The notes: generated by a model from the sequence alone, not told the origin. A stretch of DNA of 64,000 nucleotides from an uncultured Fimbriimonas sp. (GCA_964566635.1 CAZMJL010000003.1:88570-152569), one strand, 5' to 3'. Shown: positions 37,898 to 48,312, counted from the stretch's first letter. Numbers and translations: made by a program.

Positions 37898-38504
37898 TCA
37901 GGTTCGCCGCCATCCAAAGCGGAATGATTTCAACGCCATCACGTGCTCCGTCGATGGCGTTGACCAGTTTTTCGTGGTTGGATTTCAGGGTGATCCAGAC
38001 CTCGCCTGAGAAACGGTACTTCTCACTTCCGACGAACTTTGTTCGACCACCCACTGCGAACGAGCGAAGCGCGTTTCGATAGGAGCGCAAGAGCGGATGA
38101 TCTGTGATCAACAGTTCGTATTCGGCCATGTTGGCCTTGTCATAATCTTTCCGAATGCAGTCCGGTGACATTTCCCACTCGGTCGCAGTGACCGTCATGA
38201 TGCCGGATTTGACGTAAGCGTCAGTGGCGAAGAAGCTGTCGATCTCTTCGCGTGATTTGGCGATTGCAACCGTGATTCCTCTCCGAAGCTGCGTGGGATC
38301 GCCTAGCGGACCAGCCGCGATCAAGTGACCTTTCTCGGCTTGATCTCCCAGGTTCTTGATATGATCCGCCTGCATCTGGGCGAGCACTTTTGCGTCCGCA
38401 GGCCGCTGCCCGTTGCCCTTGAGGAAGAACATGAACCATACCTTGTTCGGCGTTTGGGTTTGTGGGGCAAGCATCATTGCGCTCGCGATCAACGGAGTCA
38501 GCAT
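37881..38504 (-). CDS. Secreted YciI/YCII-related protein
   Basis: Signal peptide; Q..HI.NL, LIAAGPL, FATDAYVKSG. Confidence 0.75.
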   Translation of the reverse strand: MLTPLIASAMMLAPQTQTPNKVWFMFFLKGNGQRPADAKVLAQMQADHIKNLGDQAEKGHLIAAGPLGDPTQLRRGITVAIAKSREEIDSFFATDAYVKSGIMTVTATEWEMSPDCIRKDYDKANMAEYELLITDHPLLRSYRNALRSFAVGGRTKFVGSEKYRFSGEVWITLKSNHEKLVNAIDGARDGVEIIPLWMAANLIKPAG

Positions 38505-38555
38505 TTGCTCATTGTAATTCTTTTCTTTGCCGGAGGTATACTTTTCGATTCACGA

Positions 38556-38630
38556 GCCTCTGTAGCTCAGAGGTAGAGCACTTCTTTGGTAAAGAAGAGG
38601 TCACGGGTTCGATTCTCGTCAGAGGCTCCA
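38556..38630 (+). tRNA. tRNA-Thr (GGT)
   Basis: Acceptor GCCTCTG/CAGAGGC, anticodon arm CTTCT-TTGGTAA-AGAAG, GGTTCGATTC T-loop, encoded CCA. Confidence 0.97.
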
Positions 38631-38666
38631 GTTCTGCTTGGTTTTTCGTTACCAAGCAGCTATTTT

Positions 38667-38743
38667 CGGGATGTGGCTCAGCTTGGTAGAGCGCGTCGTT
38701 CGGGACGACGAGGTCGTGGGTTCGAATCCCGCCATCCCGACCA
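38667..38743 (+). tRNA. tRNA-Pro (CGG)
   Basis: Acceptor CGGGATG/CATCCCG, anticodon arm CGTCG-TTCGGGA-CGACG, GGTTCGAATCC, encoded CCA. Confidence 0.97.
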
Positions 38744-38780
38744 CGATCTTTCTCCTTCTTTCGCTTTAGAACTGCGACGA

Positions 38781-38849
38781 GTTTTTTGGGGGAATTAGGT
38801 TCAAGCGCCTAGCTTTTTCGTTAATTTGAGGGGGAATGAGGGGGCAAAT
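38781..38849 (-). repeat. ~70-bp bipartite element, copy B (inverted), downstream of tRNA-Pro
   Basis: Reverse complement ATTTGCCCCCTCATTCCCCCTCAAA-N20-TTGAACCTAATTCCCCC. Confidence 0.65.
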
Positions 38850-38940
38850 TGAGCCGTCCCAAAGCATTGAAATTAATAGGCATCCACCCTTAGCGCGAAA
38901 TGGGTCGCGACTTGTCACCCTAATTCCGCGAGCGTATGGA

Positions 38941-39249
38941 CTACTTATCCAGATAGCTCGCGAGGCGGTCGAGGTTGCGGCTCCAGCGTTGTGCGTGGCG
39001 ATCCATCCAATCTTTGGCCTCAAGCATTGCCGAGGTCTCGATGATGCGCAGAACCACCCGTCCGCGAGTTTCGCTCCGCACGATTCCGGCGTTCTCCAGC
39101 ACCAAAAGGTGCTTCGTTGCGGCCTGACGGGTCATGCCGAGATCGCTCACGAGCTCGACCGTAGGAGTCGGGCCGTTCGTCGCCAGGCGCTCGACGATCG
39201 CCAACCGGGTGGGATCGCCGAGAGCCTCGAAAATCTTGTGACAAGCCAT
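38941..39249 (-). CDS. ArsR/SmtB family transcriptional regulator
   Basis: IFEALGDPTRLAIVERL, TRQAATKHL.VLE.AG.V; ATG overlaps the upstream TAA. Confidence 0.9.
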   Translation of the reverse strand: MACHKIFEALGDPTRLAIVERLATNGPTPTVELVSDLGMTRQAATKHLLVLENAGIVRSETRGRVVLRIIETSAMLEAKDWMDRHAQRWSRNLDRLASYLDK

Positions 39250-39728
39250 TATTCTTCCTTGATTGAACCCGATTGCCGAACGCCATCCTCCAGCCAGCGG
39301 ACGATTTGCTTGAGCATGTAGGTCCATCCGCCGGTATTGTCTTCGAGGGCCTTGGGGCGCCTCGCTTCGAGAACTCGGCTGAAGCCCGACTCAACCATCG
39401 AGATTTTGGTGCCGCCTTCGACGCTTTCGATCGTGTAGCGCACCGTGGTCTTTTCTTCATCGGGTCGAGCCGTCCAGTCGCCCTCGCCGGGGTGCCATTG
39501 GTAGGCAAACGACTTGTGTTCCTCGAGTTCAGTCACCGTCCCCACGCTCTCGCCGTACCCCTCGAAGTACATTACGAGCGGGCTGCCGACCTGAAAGTCG
39601 CTGGTCACGCGGTCGCTGAACCACGACTCCCAACCGTCTTTGGTGGTGAGCGCCGCCCATGCTTTGTCGATGGGGGCGTTGACGACGAATTCGCTGGTCA
39701 GAGCGTCGGATCTGCGAGTGATTTCCAT
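39249..39728 (-). CDS. SRPBCC/AHA1 domain protein
   Basis: NAPIDKAWAALT..GWESWF, FAYQW, TTVRYT, NTGGW. Confidence 0.88.
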   Translation of the reverse strand: MEITRRSDALTSEFVVNAPIDKAWAALTTKDGWESWFSDRVTSDFQVGSPLVMYFEGYGESVGTVTELEEHKSFAYQWHPGEGDWTARPDEEKTTVRYTIESVEGGTKISMVESGFSRVLEARRPKALEDNTGGWTYMLKQIVRWLEDGVRQSGSIKEE

Positions 39729-39772
39729 AATATGCAACCGTTGCCAAGTAGTATGGGCTCATTTGAGAAGAA

Positions 39773-39792
39773 ATGCAACTATTTAGATGCAT
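39773..39792. promoter_or_regulatory. Putative ArsR-family operator
   Basis: Imperfect palindrome ATGCAACTATTTAGATGCAT; a second GCAAC-C-GTTGC at 39734-39744 upstream of the SRPBCC-ArsR pair. Confidence 0.5.
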
Positions 39793-39894
39793 ATAATGAG
39801 AAATGCACCCTATTCGCACTCATAATCGCTTCTGAGTCCACTCTCCCGGTTCGCCGCTGCTCACCGACCTCTCGCCAGCGAGAGGTATCTCTAG

Positions 39895-41862
39895 TTAGCT
39901 TATGTAATCCTTCGAGTGCCCCAGTTCCTCGGGCGCATGGAGACGGAGCATGATCGTGTCAGCATCGGCGGGGACTTGCGACGCCGACGCCTTGCTCACG
40001 AAGATCATGAGCAGAAGCGAGAGCGGCACGCCCCAGATTGCGGGTTGCTCCATCAGCGAGCGCACCAGCGGCGATAGCTCGACGGTTAGCACCTTTTTAT
40101 CCACGAGCATGGTGGTGATGATCGCGGCAAGCGAAGCGAGTCCGCCGACGAGCATTCCCGTCGCGGCACCTTTGGCGGTGAGTCCTCGCCACCAAGCACC
40201 GAGAAGAAGGAGAGGGAAGTAGGAGGCCGCGCCGATGGCGAACGCCCAGCCGACCATCATTGCGATATCGAAGCTCTCGACTAGGAGGCCGAGCATCATT
40301 GAGACCGCACCGATTCCGATGGCGGCAAACTTGAACATCTTGAGCCGCTGTTCGGGAGCAGAATTGGGCTTGAGGATCTTGCCGTAGATGTCGTGCGCGA
40401 ACGCGCCGGACATCGAGACGAGCAGGCCAGAGAAAGTGGACATGAACGCGGCGAACGCGCCGGCCGAAGTGATTCCGCTGAGCATCGCGCCCCACACTCC
40501 GCCACCATCGACCATCATCGGCAACTTGATAACGGCTGAATCGGTGCTATTCGAAGCATAGAGGATGGGCATCGCAAGCCGCCCCAGCGAGCCCCAAATG
40601 GGGGTGAAGACGTAGAACGCGCCGAGCATGACCATGACCCAGAGGGTGGTTCGCTTGGCGGAGCGACCATCGGGATTGGTATAGAAACGTACAAGAATAT
40701 GGGGCAAACCCGCGGTTCCGCATACCAAAGCGATGATGAGTGAGTAGGTGTATAGCAGCGGGTAGCCGTTCTTGCTGGTGAGGGGGCCGAACGGGTTGAG
40801 CCACTTGCCATTCGCGGGCGCATTTGGCGCGGCGGCGGGCTGATTCTCAGGCGCGGTGACGCGAATCTCGGCTTTCTCGCCGAACTCGAGCTTGAGTGAC
40901 GCTTTGCTCTTTTTGCCTTCGGCGTTGGTGACTTCAAAGGGCGTGATTTGCACCAGGGTGTCTTTGGAAATCGCAACATCCTTACTCTTGGCATCGATGG
41001 CAAGCGTTGAACCGATGGCGGCGATGGCTTGCGAGGCGTCGAACACGTCGCCTAGTTTGGGCTTGGGGTTCACCGAGATGGCGGCGAGTTTGGTGTCGGT
41101 TTCGAACTTGACCAGGCTCACACCTGAGGATGAAAGGGCCAGCGCGTTGTTGGGAGCGGCGGTCGCGCCTTTCATTTTGATAACGTCGCCGGGAATCGCC
41201 GGGATTCCTTTGGCGTCGCCGCGCGCTGCCTCCAGGGGCTTGTTGTAGAAGCCGACCACGGACATGACCACGAAGAGCGGAATCGAGATCGCGAAAACCT
41301 TCATCCAGTATTGGGCGGCCTGAACGAGGGTGATTCCCTTCATGCCGCCTATGGCGACGTTGAAGGTGATGACGGAGCCGACGACGAGGATTCCCACGTA
41401 GTACGGCCAGCCCATGATGCCAGACATGGTGACTCCGGCGCCCTTCATCTGCGGGAGGGTGTAGAAGAACCCGATGAACAGGACAAAGGAGACGGCGACC
41501 TTTCGGAATGCGGGCGAATGGAAGCGCCCTTCGGCAAAATCGGGGATGGTATACGCGCCAAATCGGCGCAGAGGTCCGGCGATAAACAGAAGCAGGAAGA
41601 GATATCCGGCGGCGTAGCCCACGGGGTACCAGAGGGCGTCGTAGCCGTTCTTCATGACCAGGCCGGCGACGCCCATGAAGCTGGCCGCGCTGAGGTATTC
41701 GCCGGAGATTGCGGAGGCGTTCCAGAAGACGCTGACGCTCCGACCCGCGACGAAGAAGTCGCTTGCGCTGGACGATTTCTTGGTCGCCCAGACTCCGAGG
41801 AGGATGGTGGCCCCCGTGACCGCGATCACCCACAGCAACGGGATAAGCTCGGTGGCCTTCAC
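39895..41862 (-). CDS. Cation/acetate symporter-like protein (SSS family, ActP-like) with a large extramembrane insert
   Basis: ISGEYLSAASF, YTLPQMKGAG, GTAGLPHILVRFYTNPD, AGAFAAFMST. Confidence 0.9.
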   Translation of the reverse strand: MKATELIPLLWVIAVTGATILLGVWATKKSSSASDFFVAGRSVSVFWNASAISGEYLSAASFMGVAGLVMKNGYDALWYPVGYAAGYLFLLLFIAGPLRRFGAYTIPDFAEGRFHSPAFRKVAVSFVLFIGFFYTLPQMKGAGVTMSGIMGWPYYVGILVVGSVITFNVAIGGMKGITLVQAAQYWMKVFAISIPLFVVMSVVGFYNKPLEAARGDAKGIPAIPGDVIKMKGATAAPNNALALSSSGVSLVKFETDTKLAAISVNPKPKLGDVFDASQAIAAIGSTLAIDAKSKDVAISKDTLVQITPFEVTNAEGKKSKASLKLEFGEKAEIRVTAPENQPAAAPNAPANGKWLNPFGPLTSKNGYPLLYTYSLIIALVCGTAGLPHILVRFYTNPDGRSAKRTTLWVMVMLGAFYVFTPIWGSLGRLAMPILYASNSTDSAVIKLPMMVDGGGVWGAMLSGITSAGAFAAFMSTFSGLLVSMSGAFAHDIYGKILKPNSAPEQRLKMFKFAAIGIGAVSMMLGLLVESFDIAMMVGWAFAIGAASYFPLLLLGAWWRGLTAKGAATGMLVGGLASLAAIITTMLVDKKVLTVELSPLVRSLMEQPAIWGVPLSLLLMIFVSKASASQVPADADTIMLRLHAPEELGHSKDYIS

Positions 41863-42137
41863 TTCATTTCCTCCGCCACGATGTCGGCTTCAAGCTTCTC
41901 GGAGCCCTTGACGAACCAGCTACTGAGAACCCAGGTGAGAGGGTAGAAAAGCACTCCGAGTACCAGCCAAGTCACGCTGAATCCGCCGATGTTGGTTGCC
42001 GCGAGTTCGGGCAGGAACAGGTTGATCAGGGGCAAACCGACGAGGATGAGGACAAAGATTGCCGCAATCCGCAAGCTCAGGTTCAGTTGCCGCCTGATCA
42101 GGCGGTTGGTCAGTTCGCGCTTCTGGGCGTCGTCCAT
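41859..42137 (-). CDS. DUF485-like small membrane protein (ActP partner)
   Basis: Two TM helices, coupled to the symporter by an overlapping start/stop; likely ATG at 42137. Confidence 0.75.
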   Translation of the reverse strand: MDDAQKRELTNRLIRRQLNLSLRIAAIFVLILVGLPLINLFLPELAATNIGGFSVTWLVLGVLFYPLTWVLSSWFVKGSEKLEADIVAEEMK

Positions 42138-42218
42138 GGGTGAAGGGATTATAGCGGGTTCTTGAAAAGTGTTGGGAGGGTCGTTACAATAGTAATCGAG
42201 GCGAGGGCAGTAACTCAC

Positions 42219-42998
42219 ATGGTCAAATTGGTTGAAGCCTCTCAAATGCGATTCTCAGATGGAGAATTCTCCTTCGATGAATTCGAAAAGGAGCCCCTGA
42301 AGTTTAGTTTGAGGCGGGCAATGTGGACTTGGATTCCTCCGGTGATCTTCCTATGCTTGGTTTCTCTGTCACCGCCAAAGCTCTTCGGTTTTTTGCTCTT
42401 TGCGCTTTCTTTTGTTTGGATCCTGATTGGAGTGATGCTCTCTTTTGATGCTCGCTCTCAACGACCACCGAAAGAGTCGCACCACGATGACCGGCTGGCA
42501 GAACTGCTAGGCAGAAGTGTCAAGGTTTATCCGAGTCGGGTCGCCAACATGCTACTGATCAACGATGAAGTATTTGTTTCCTCCGCAGGAGTACACAGTT
42601 TCAGTGACGGGGAGTTGCGGGTAGGAGTAGAGTGGCTTGGTCAATCCCTGAGCGCTTCCGAGCGCGTAAAAGTATACGTTGTGGCCCTCTTAAGTCTGAT
42701 TCTTGCGTATGGTGTGATTCCGACGGCGGTTGGTAACCTCGCCAAGGATTTCGGATATCCATATAGACCCATGGAATTTGCCTGCCAGTTGATTGGATTT
42801 TTGATTCTATTGTTCGTTGCTGACACCCGCTGGTGTAACTCAGTATTCAAACGAGACGCGCAGAACAGCTCACAAGAACTCTTATCTGCGTTGCGAAAAG
42901 CAAAACCAAACAACCTGACGAAAGAACGAATCAAGCGGCTCGAGTCACTGCTTGGTCACACGCAGGTCCCAACAGTTGAAGCAATATTGTCTGAGTGA
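42219..42998 (+). CDS. Hypothetical membrane protein
   Basis: Four hydrophobic segments; start uncertain (42219 or 42246). Confidence 0.55.
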   Translation: MVKLVEASQMRFSDGEFSFDEFEKEPLKFSLRRAMWTWIPPVIFLCLVSLSPPKLFGFLLFALSFVWILIGVMLSFDARSQRPPKESHHDDRLAELLGRSVKVYPSRVANMLLINDEVFVSSAGVHSFSDGELRVGVEWLGQSLSASERVKVYVVALLSLILAYGVIPTAVGNLAKDFGYPYRPMEFACQLIGFLILLFVADTRWCNSVFKRDAQNSSQELLSALRKAKPNNLTKERIKRLESLLGHTQVPTVEAILSE

Positions 42999-43010
42999 TA
43001 GGATAAGGCT

Positions 43011-43277
43011 ATGTCACTCGTCCATCCGACCTCCGATTACATTGCCCGCATTATTCGCCGCGAGCACGAGCAACACCACACCGTCGAGTTCAAGCTCATC
43101 GGCGAAGGAATCCCCGACATGGGCTACACCGAGTCGGTGAAGGTCTTTGGCGACTTCATCGAGGTTCACGCCGTGGATGGGATGAACTACTTCGTGCCTG
43201 CCCACCAGATTAAGTACATCACGCATGAGACAACTACCTCGCCTAGCGAGACTAAAGGCTGGAATCTCTACATTTAG
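43011..43277 (+). CDS. Small hypothetical protein (possible Sm-like fold)
   Basis: RBS GGATAAGG; host-like codon usage; VKVFGDFIEV...YFVPAHQIKYI. Confidence 0.65.
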   Translation: MSLVHPTSDYIARIIRREHEQHHTVEFKLIGEGIPDMGYTESVKVFGDFIEVHAVDGMNYFVPAHQIKYITHETTTSPSETKGWNLYI

Positions 43278-43305
43278 TTGGTAGATCTTTTGATACAATG
43301 CAGGC

Positions 43306-45161
43306 GTGATTTTTGTCCGACTCTTTTTGCTCGTCTGCGTGCTCATCCCTGCACTCGGAATCGGCCAAGAGGTTCGCTTCCAAACAGAGAGCTACGCCCG
43401 CGCGATGCGTGGCGCACTTGCGGAAAGTGAGAAACAGGGCTTTCCGAATTGGGTGGACCTGTTATCTGGCGAGAGAGGCACCCAGGTTCACATCCTCTTC
43501 AAAGTCGATAACGTCGATATCCTCATCATTACCCCTTTTGAGGTTAGTCGCAAGGCACTTCTTGACGATGCTAAGCAAGTCGCAAGAAAGCTGAACTTGC
43601 CCAATCTCGACTTTATCGAAGCTGAAGGTACCAAAACTCGTATGGTCGATATCGAGGCGAACGATTACTTGCAAAGGAATGGAGACATCAGCGATTTTGA
43701 ATGGGATTTCTCAGCACTGGTCGAAGCGATCGAGAGTTCCCCAAGTCTTCCGAAGCCAATTTGCTACTACGTTAGGAGGTCGGATGCTGCATATACCAAG
43801 TTGCTCGTAAACGGAAACTCTTCCAATCGAGATCTAGAGCAAGCCGGGTTCTTCACCGCAAAAGAAGTTGAGCGTGGGTCGCGTCTGGTTTACCACGAAA
43901 AAATCGGCTTCATTTCAAAGGCGCAAGGATGGTTCATCGCAGGCATGTCTTTGATGATCGTTCCACTTGCTCTCCTCCTTCCATGGTGGGTGGCACGCAT
44001 GAGTATCAAGTTCGCTCGGGAGCAAAAGCGCGAACTTGAGTCTGGGGAAGAGCAGTTAGGGTCTGCTGAACCAAGGTCACCCGAGGCTGTACAGGAGGCA
44101 TACTTAGATTCCGTCAAGGAGCGACCGAAGCTTCTGCTGAAGATATTGCCTTCCTTGGCCCCACTGCTATTCTTGCCCCTTCTCATGTTCCGCGAGCGGC
44201 CGACCGAGCTCCAACCCCTCATTGGTTCGGGTGGTTTCCAACAAGCCTTTTGCTTCCAATCATGATTGGGAGTGCGGGGGTGAGCTTTGTGCTCTCCCGC
44301 ATCTGGGTAAAGCGCGTTCTGAAGCGAGAAGGGGCCAGCGATATACCAAAATCACCTCAACAACTAGAAGCCGAAAAGGGTATGTGGCCCATGAAGTTCA
44401 TGGTCGTCCCACTTGTAATCATGATGTTGCTTTTGGTCGGGATGCCATTCTTACGACCATTTCTGAGAGGGGTGACCCCGTCACTTGTAAGAATCATTGT
44501 CTTCTCGCCTCTTTTCGTCACGTTCATCGCCATGGCTTTGTACGGGCGTAAGCAGGTCAAAAAGAGTCACGAGGAACTGAAGCCAGGCGACCAGTGGTTT
44601 GACGAAACAATGCGCTTTGCGCAGTTGGCCCGAACTAAGGTCAGAGGTGTCCGAGTCCACAAAACCGAGGCCATCAACGCATCGGCGAGCTTGTGGCGAA
44701 TCGTTACGATCAACGAAGGTCTCCTGAAAAGATTGCCTGCAGAAGAGATTCGCGCGATAATCGCCCATGAAGTTGGTCACGTGCGATTCCAACACGTTCC
44801 CAAGGGGATTTTGCTATCTTTAGCGCTTCAGGTTCCTCTGTTCTTTGGCTATTACCAACTCGCGGAGTGGCTGAACGAAGTCCACAAGATTAGTCTATTT
44901 GGATTTGGCTACTTTGCAAACATGTTGATCTCACTCATTACATTGCCGGTTGTTAGCTGGCAGAAGAGGAAAGCGGAACGCGAAGCCGATCGATTCGCCA
45001 TGGAAATGGTTGGCGACCGGGAAATTGTTGAGCGGGCTCTAGTTGCAATACACACTCTGAACGAAGCACCGCACGAACTCATAAAGTTTGACGAGCTAAT
45101 CTCTACACATCCGTCCTTGAAGAACAGAATCGCTGCGCTTCGAGCCGCGAGTGTAGATTAA
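43306..45161 (+). pseudogene. M48 (HtpX/Ste24-like) zinc metallopeptidase, split in two frames near 44190-44250
   Basis: ORF 43306-44265 (signal peptide, TM) and ORF 44250-45161 (AHEVGH, EREADRFA); the downstream frame is open upstream as APTPHWFGWFPTSLLLPIMIG. Confidence 0.6.
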
Positions 45162-45170
45162 GCTAACACT

Positions 45171-45644
45171 GTGAGCATCCATAAGCGCCGTCACCTCCAC
45201 CGCACTCGCGAACAAGTTCTGGCTCAGCCGCAGCCAGTGAATAATCCAAACCGGGAGCATTGCGACAAGCTATCGCCGTTGGAGCTGTTCGCGCTCAAGA
45301 TCACGGACAAGGTGGGATCGCCGGCCTTCTTCCTCCTGATCCTTAGTTGGACGGTGCTGTGGACGGGATACAACATCCTTGCTCCGCATGTCGGGCTAAA
45401 AGCGTTCGATCCGTTTCCCGCGTTCGTCGCCTATCTTCTCATCTCAAACGTCATTCAGATTCTTCTGATGCCGCTGATTATGGTGGGGCAAAACTTGCAG
45501 TCGCGGCACAGCGAGCTCCGCGCAGAGAGTGATTTCGAAGTGAACGTGAAGGCCGAAGAGGAGATCAAAGAGATCTTGCTTCGGCTTGAGCAGCACCAGG
45601 CGCTGATGGAGCAAATCCTCAAGCGACTTGACGCAAAGGCTTAG
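45171..45644 (+). CDS. DUF1003 family membrane protein
   Basis: ITDKVGS..FF, FDPFP, MPLIMVGQN...RD/ELRAESDFEVN. Confidence 0.88.
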   Translation: MSIHKRRHLHRTREQVLAQPQPVNNPNREHCDKLSPLELFALKITDKVGSPAFFLLILSWTVLWTGYNILAPHVGLKAFDPFPAFVAYLLISNVIQILLMPLIMVGQNLQSRHSELRAESDFEVNVKAEEEIKEILLRLEQHQALMEQILKRLDAKA

Positions 45645-46690
45645 TTTCCACCCAACGCCGCCGCTCCGGGGAGGAGGCGATGCTCGAAATCAAACAGGGC
45701 CAGATTCTCGTAAGGAGTTTGCATCCCAGGTTGAGCGACATACTCGGGCGCCCAATAAATCACGCCCGCACCGAGCCCCTTTGGCGTCTCCTTGACGATC
45801 TTGTGGAGCTCGCGCAGGAACTGCGCTTGACCCTCCGGCGTGGCCGGGATCGAGCACTTGAGGTCGGTCTTTTCCCACACAAAGTTGCCCGTATTATCCG
45901 CCCATTTGAAGGTGAACGGGTACGCGGTTTCGGCGACAAAGACTGGCTTGCTGTACCGATTGGCGAGCATCTTCAGGTTGTCTCGCAGTTGGTCGAAACT
46001 GCCGTGCCACCATGGATAGTAGCTGAGGCCAATGGTGTCGAATTTGACTTCGCGCTTGCGCAGGTTATCGAAGAAGCCACGGCACGCCTTCGCGTCTCCT
46101 CCGGAGTCGTGATGAATCTGAGTTTGCCAGAGATCTCGCCCAGCCTCGGCTTGCTCAGCGCCTTCTAGTCCGGCCTTCAGGAGTTTGGCAAGGTTGTCAT
46201 AACCGCCCTCCGGGAGCTTGCCGAGCGGCCACATCATGCCGTTTCGGATCTCATTTCCGATGGCGACCAGCTTGGGCGGAGTGCCTTGCTCAATCAGCGC
46301 ATCCAGGACCTCCTTGGTATGGGCACGAGTGGCGTCACATAGCTCCGGCAACTTCATCTTTTGCCAAGCGAGCGGTGTGATCTGGTGCTGCGGATCGGCC
46401 CAATCATCCGAGTAATGGAAGTCGATCAGCGTATCCATCCCTAGACTTTTGGCCTCTTTTGCCATCGCCAAAGTGTGCGCGAGGTCGCAATACCCCTTCG
46501 GCGGATTGACCCAAACCCGAAGGCGCAGCAGATCGCACCCTGATGCGGCGAATGCTCGAAGCGGCTCGACCGGCATCGAACCCGCGAAGAACTCAGTCTT
46601 GAGGTCGCGGTACTCCGGAATGAACGACGCATCCACGCCCCGGTAATAGGTCGGAGCGAGTACAAGCGAGGCGGCCAGTGTAGAGATCAC
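45641..46690 (-). CDS. Arabinogalactan endo-beta-1,4-galactanase (GH53)
   Basis: RGVDAS, LRLRVWVNP, IDFHYSDDWADP, IGNE, GLSYYPWWHG, VAETAYP. Confidence 0.93.
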   Translation of the reverse strand: MISTLAASLVLAPTYYRGVDASFIPEYRDLKTEFFAGSMPVEPLRAFAASGCDLLRLRVWVNPPKGYCDLAHTLAMAKEAKSLGMDTLIDFHYSDDWADPQHQITPLAWQKMKLPELCDATRAHTKEVLDALIEQGTPPKLVAIGNEIRNGMMWPLGKLPEGGYDNLAKLLKAGLEGAEQAEAGRDLWQTQIHHDSGGDAKACRGFFDNLRKREVKFDTIGLSYYPWWHGSFDQLRDNLKMLANRYSKPVFVAETAYPFTFKWADNTGNFVWEKTDLKCSIPATPEGQAQFLRELHKIVKETPKGLGAGVIYWAPEYVAQPGMQTPYENLALFDFEHRLLPGAAALGGN

Positions 46691-48312
46691 TACTTCAATT
46701 CTGCGCGCTGTTGACTCTCAAGGGCGGCTTTCACCAGGCCTTGGAACAGCGGATGTGCGCGGTTGGGGCGGCTCTTGAACTCGGGGTGAGCTTGAGTGGC
46801 AACAAAGAACGGGTGCGCCGGGACTTCAACCATCTCAACCAGTCGGTAATCGGGTGAAACTCCCGAGATCACCATGCCTTGCTCTTGTAGCTTCTCGCGG
46901 AAGTCGTTATTGACTTCGTAGCGGTGACGGTGACGCTCGGTGATGCGGGTCGCGCCGTAGAGCTTTGCGCTGAGCGTGTCGTGAACCAGGTTGCATGGGT
47001 ACGAGCCGAGCCGCATGGACGCGCCTTTATCCTTGACGCCTTTTTGCTCGGGCAGGAGGTGGATCACCGGATACGGCGGATTAGGCAGCATTTCCTCGGA
47101 GTTCGCTCCGACCAGTCCGCAGACATTGCGGGCGTACTCGATGACCGCCATTTGCATACCAAGGCAGATACCAAAGAAGGGGAGACCGCTTTCGCGAGCG
47201 ATCTTAATCGCCTCAATTTTTCCTTCGATGCCGCGTCCGCCAAAGCCTGGGCCAACGACCAGTCCGTCGATATCTTTCAGAGCATCTTCGGGTGCGATTT
47301 CGCCTTCGAGGGTGTCGCTTTCGATCCACTTAACGTTGACTTTGCAGTCATTGGGAATTCCGGCATGAACGAGGGCTTCGGCGATGGACTTATAGGCGTC
47401 GCCGTTGGAGGTGTATTTTCCGACGACGGCGATCGTCACTTCGTGGCTAGGATTCTTGAGTGTGCTGACCAGTTTGCGCCACTCTTCCATTTGGTCTGGT
47501 CGCTGCTCGAGCCCGAGGCGTTTGGAAACGAATTCGCCGAGGCCGAGATCTTCGTACATCAGCGGCACTTCGTAAACCGTATCGAGGTTTTGCGACTGAA
47601 TGACGGCTTCCTTTGGTACGCCGCAGAAGAGGCTGATCTTTTCGATAACGTCGGGTTCCATCGTGACTTCGCATCGGCAGACGAGGACATCGGGGGCGAT
47701 GCCGATTTCGCGAAGCTTGTAGACGGAGTGCTGCGTTGGCTTGGTTTTGACTTCGTGCCACGGTCCGACGGTGGGAACCATTGTCACGTGGACGTACATC
47801 GTGTTCTCGTAGCCCAGGTCGGTGCGCATTTGGCGGATGGCTTCGAGGAAGGGAAGGCTTTCGATGTCGCCGACGGTACCGCCGATTTCGGCGATGACGA
47901 CGTCGGCTTCTTGCTCGACGGCGACCTTTTGGACCAGGGCCTTGATCTCGTTGGTGACGTGCGGAATAACTTGGACGGTGCCCCCGAGGTAGTCGCCGCG
48001 GCGCTCGGCTTCGATGACGTTTCGATAGACTTTTCCGGTGGTGACGCTGCTGCCTTTGGAGCAGTTGACGTCCATAAATCGCTCGTAGTGACCGAGGTCG
48101 AGATCAGTTTCGGCGCCGTCTTCGGTGACGAAGACTTCGCCGTGCTGGAACGGGTTCATTGTTCCGGCGTCGACGTTGATGTAGGGGTCGAGTTTAATGG
48201 GGGCGACGGTGAAGCCGCGGTTTCGGAGAAGTCTTCCGAGGCTGGCGGTGGCGACCCCTTTGCCGATTCCGCTGACCACTCCGCCGGTTACAAAGATATA
48301 TTTCGTCGCCAT
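46690..48312 (-). CDS. pyrG: CTP synthase
   Basis: [52 protein letters not shown]. Confidence 0.98.
   Translation of the reverse strand: MATKYIFVTGGVVSGIGKGVATASLGRLLRNRGFTVAPIKLDPYINVDAGTMNPFQHGEVFVTEDGAETDLDLGHYERFMDVNCSKGSSVTTGKVYRNVIEAERRGDYLGGTVQVIPHVTNEIKALVQKVAVEQEADVVIAEIGGTVGDIESLPFLEAIRQMRTDLGYENTMYVHVTMVPTVGPWHEVKTKPTQHSVYKLREIGIAPDVLVCRCEVTMEPDVIEKISLFCGVPKEAVIQSQNLDTVYEVPLMYEDLGLGEFVSKRLGLEQRPDQMEEWRKLVSTLKNPSHEVTIAVVGKYTSNGDAYKSIAEALVHAGIPNDCKVNVKWIESDTLEGEIAPEDALKDIDGLVVGPGFGGRGIEGKIEAIKIARESGLPFFGICLGMQMAVIEYARNVCGLVGANSEEMLPNPPYPVIHLLPEQKGVKDKGASMRLGSYPCNLVHDTLSAKLYGATRITERHRHRYEVNNDFREKLQEQGMVISGVSPDYRLVEMVEVPAHPFFVATQAHPEFKSRPNRAHPLFQGLVKAALESQQRAELK

Noticed and set aside
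38512-38542. Sigma70 promoter for the tRNA pair (TTGTAA..TATACT)
   Set aside because: The -10 is good but spacing is 19 bp; not confident enough to call.
38744-45161. Genomic island or prophage integrated at tRNA-Pro
   Set aside because: No integrase, phage genes or duplicated tRNA 3' end were found in the window.
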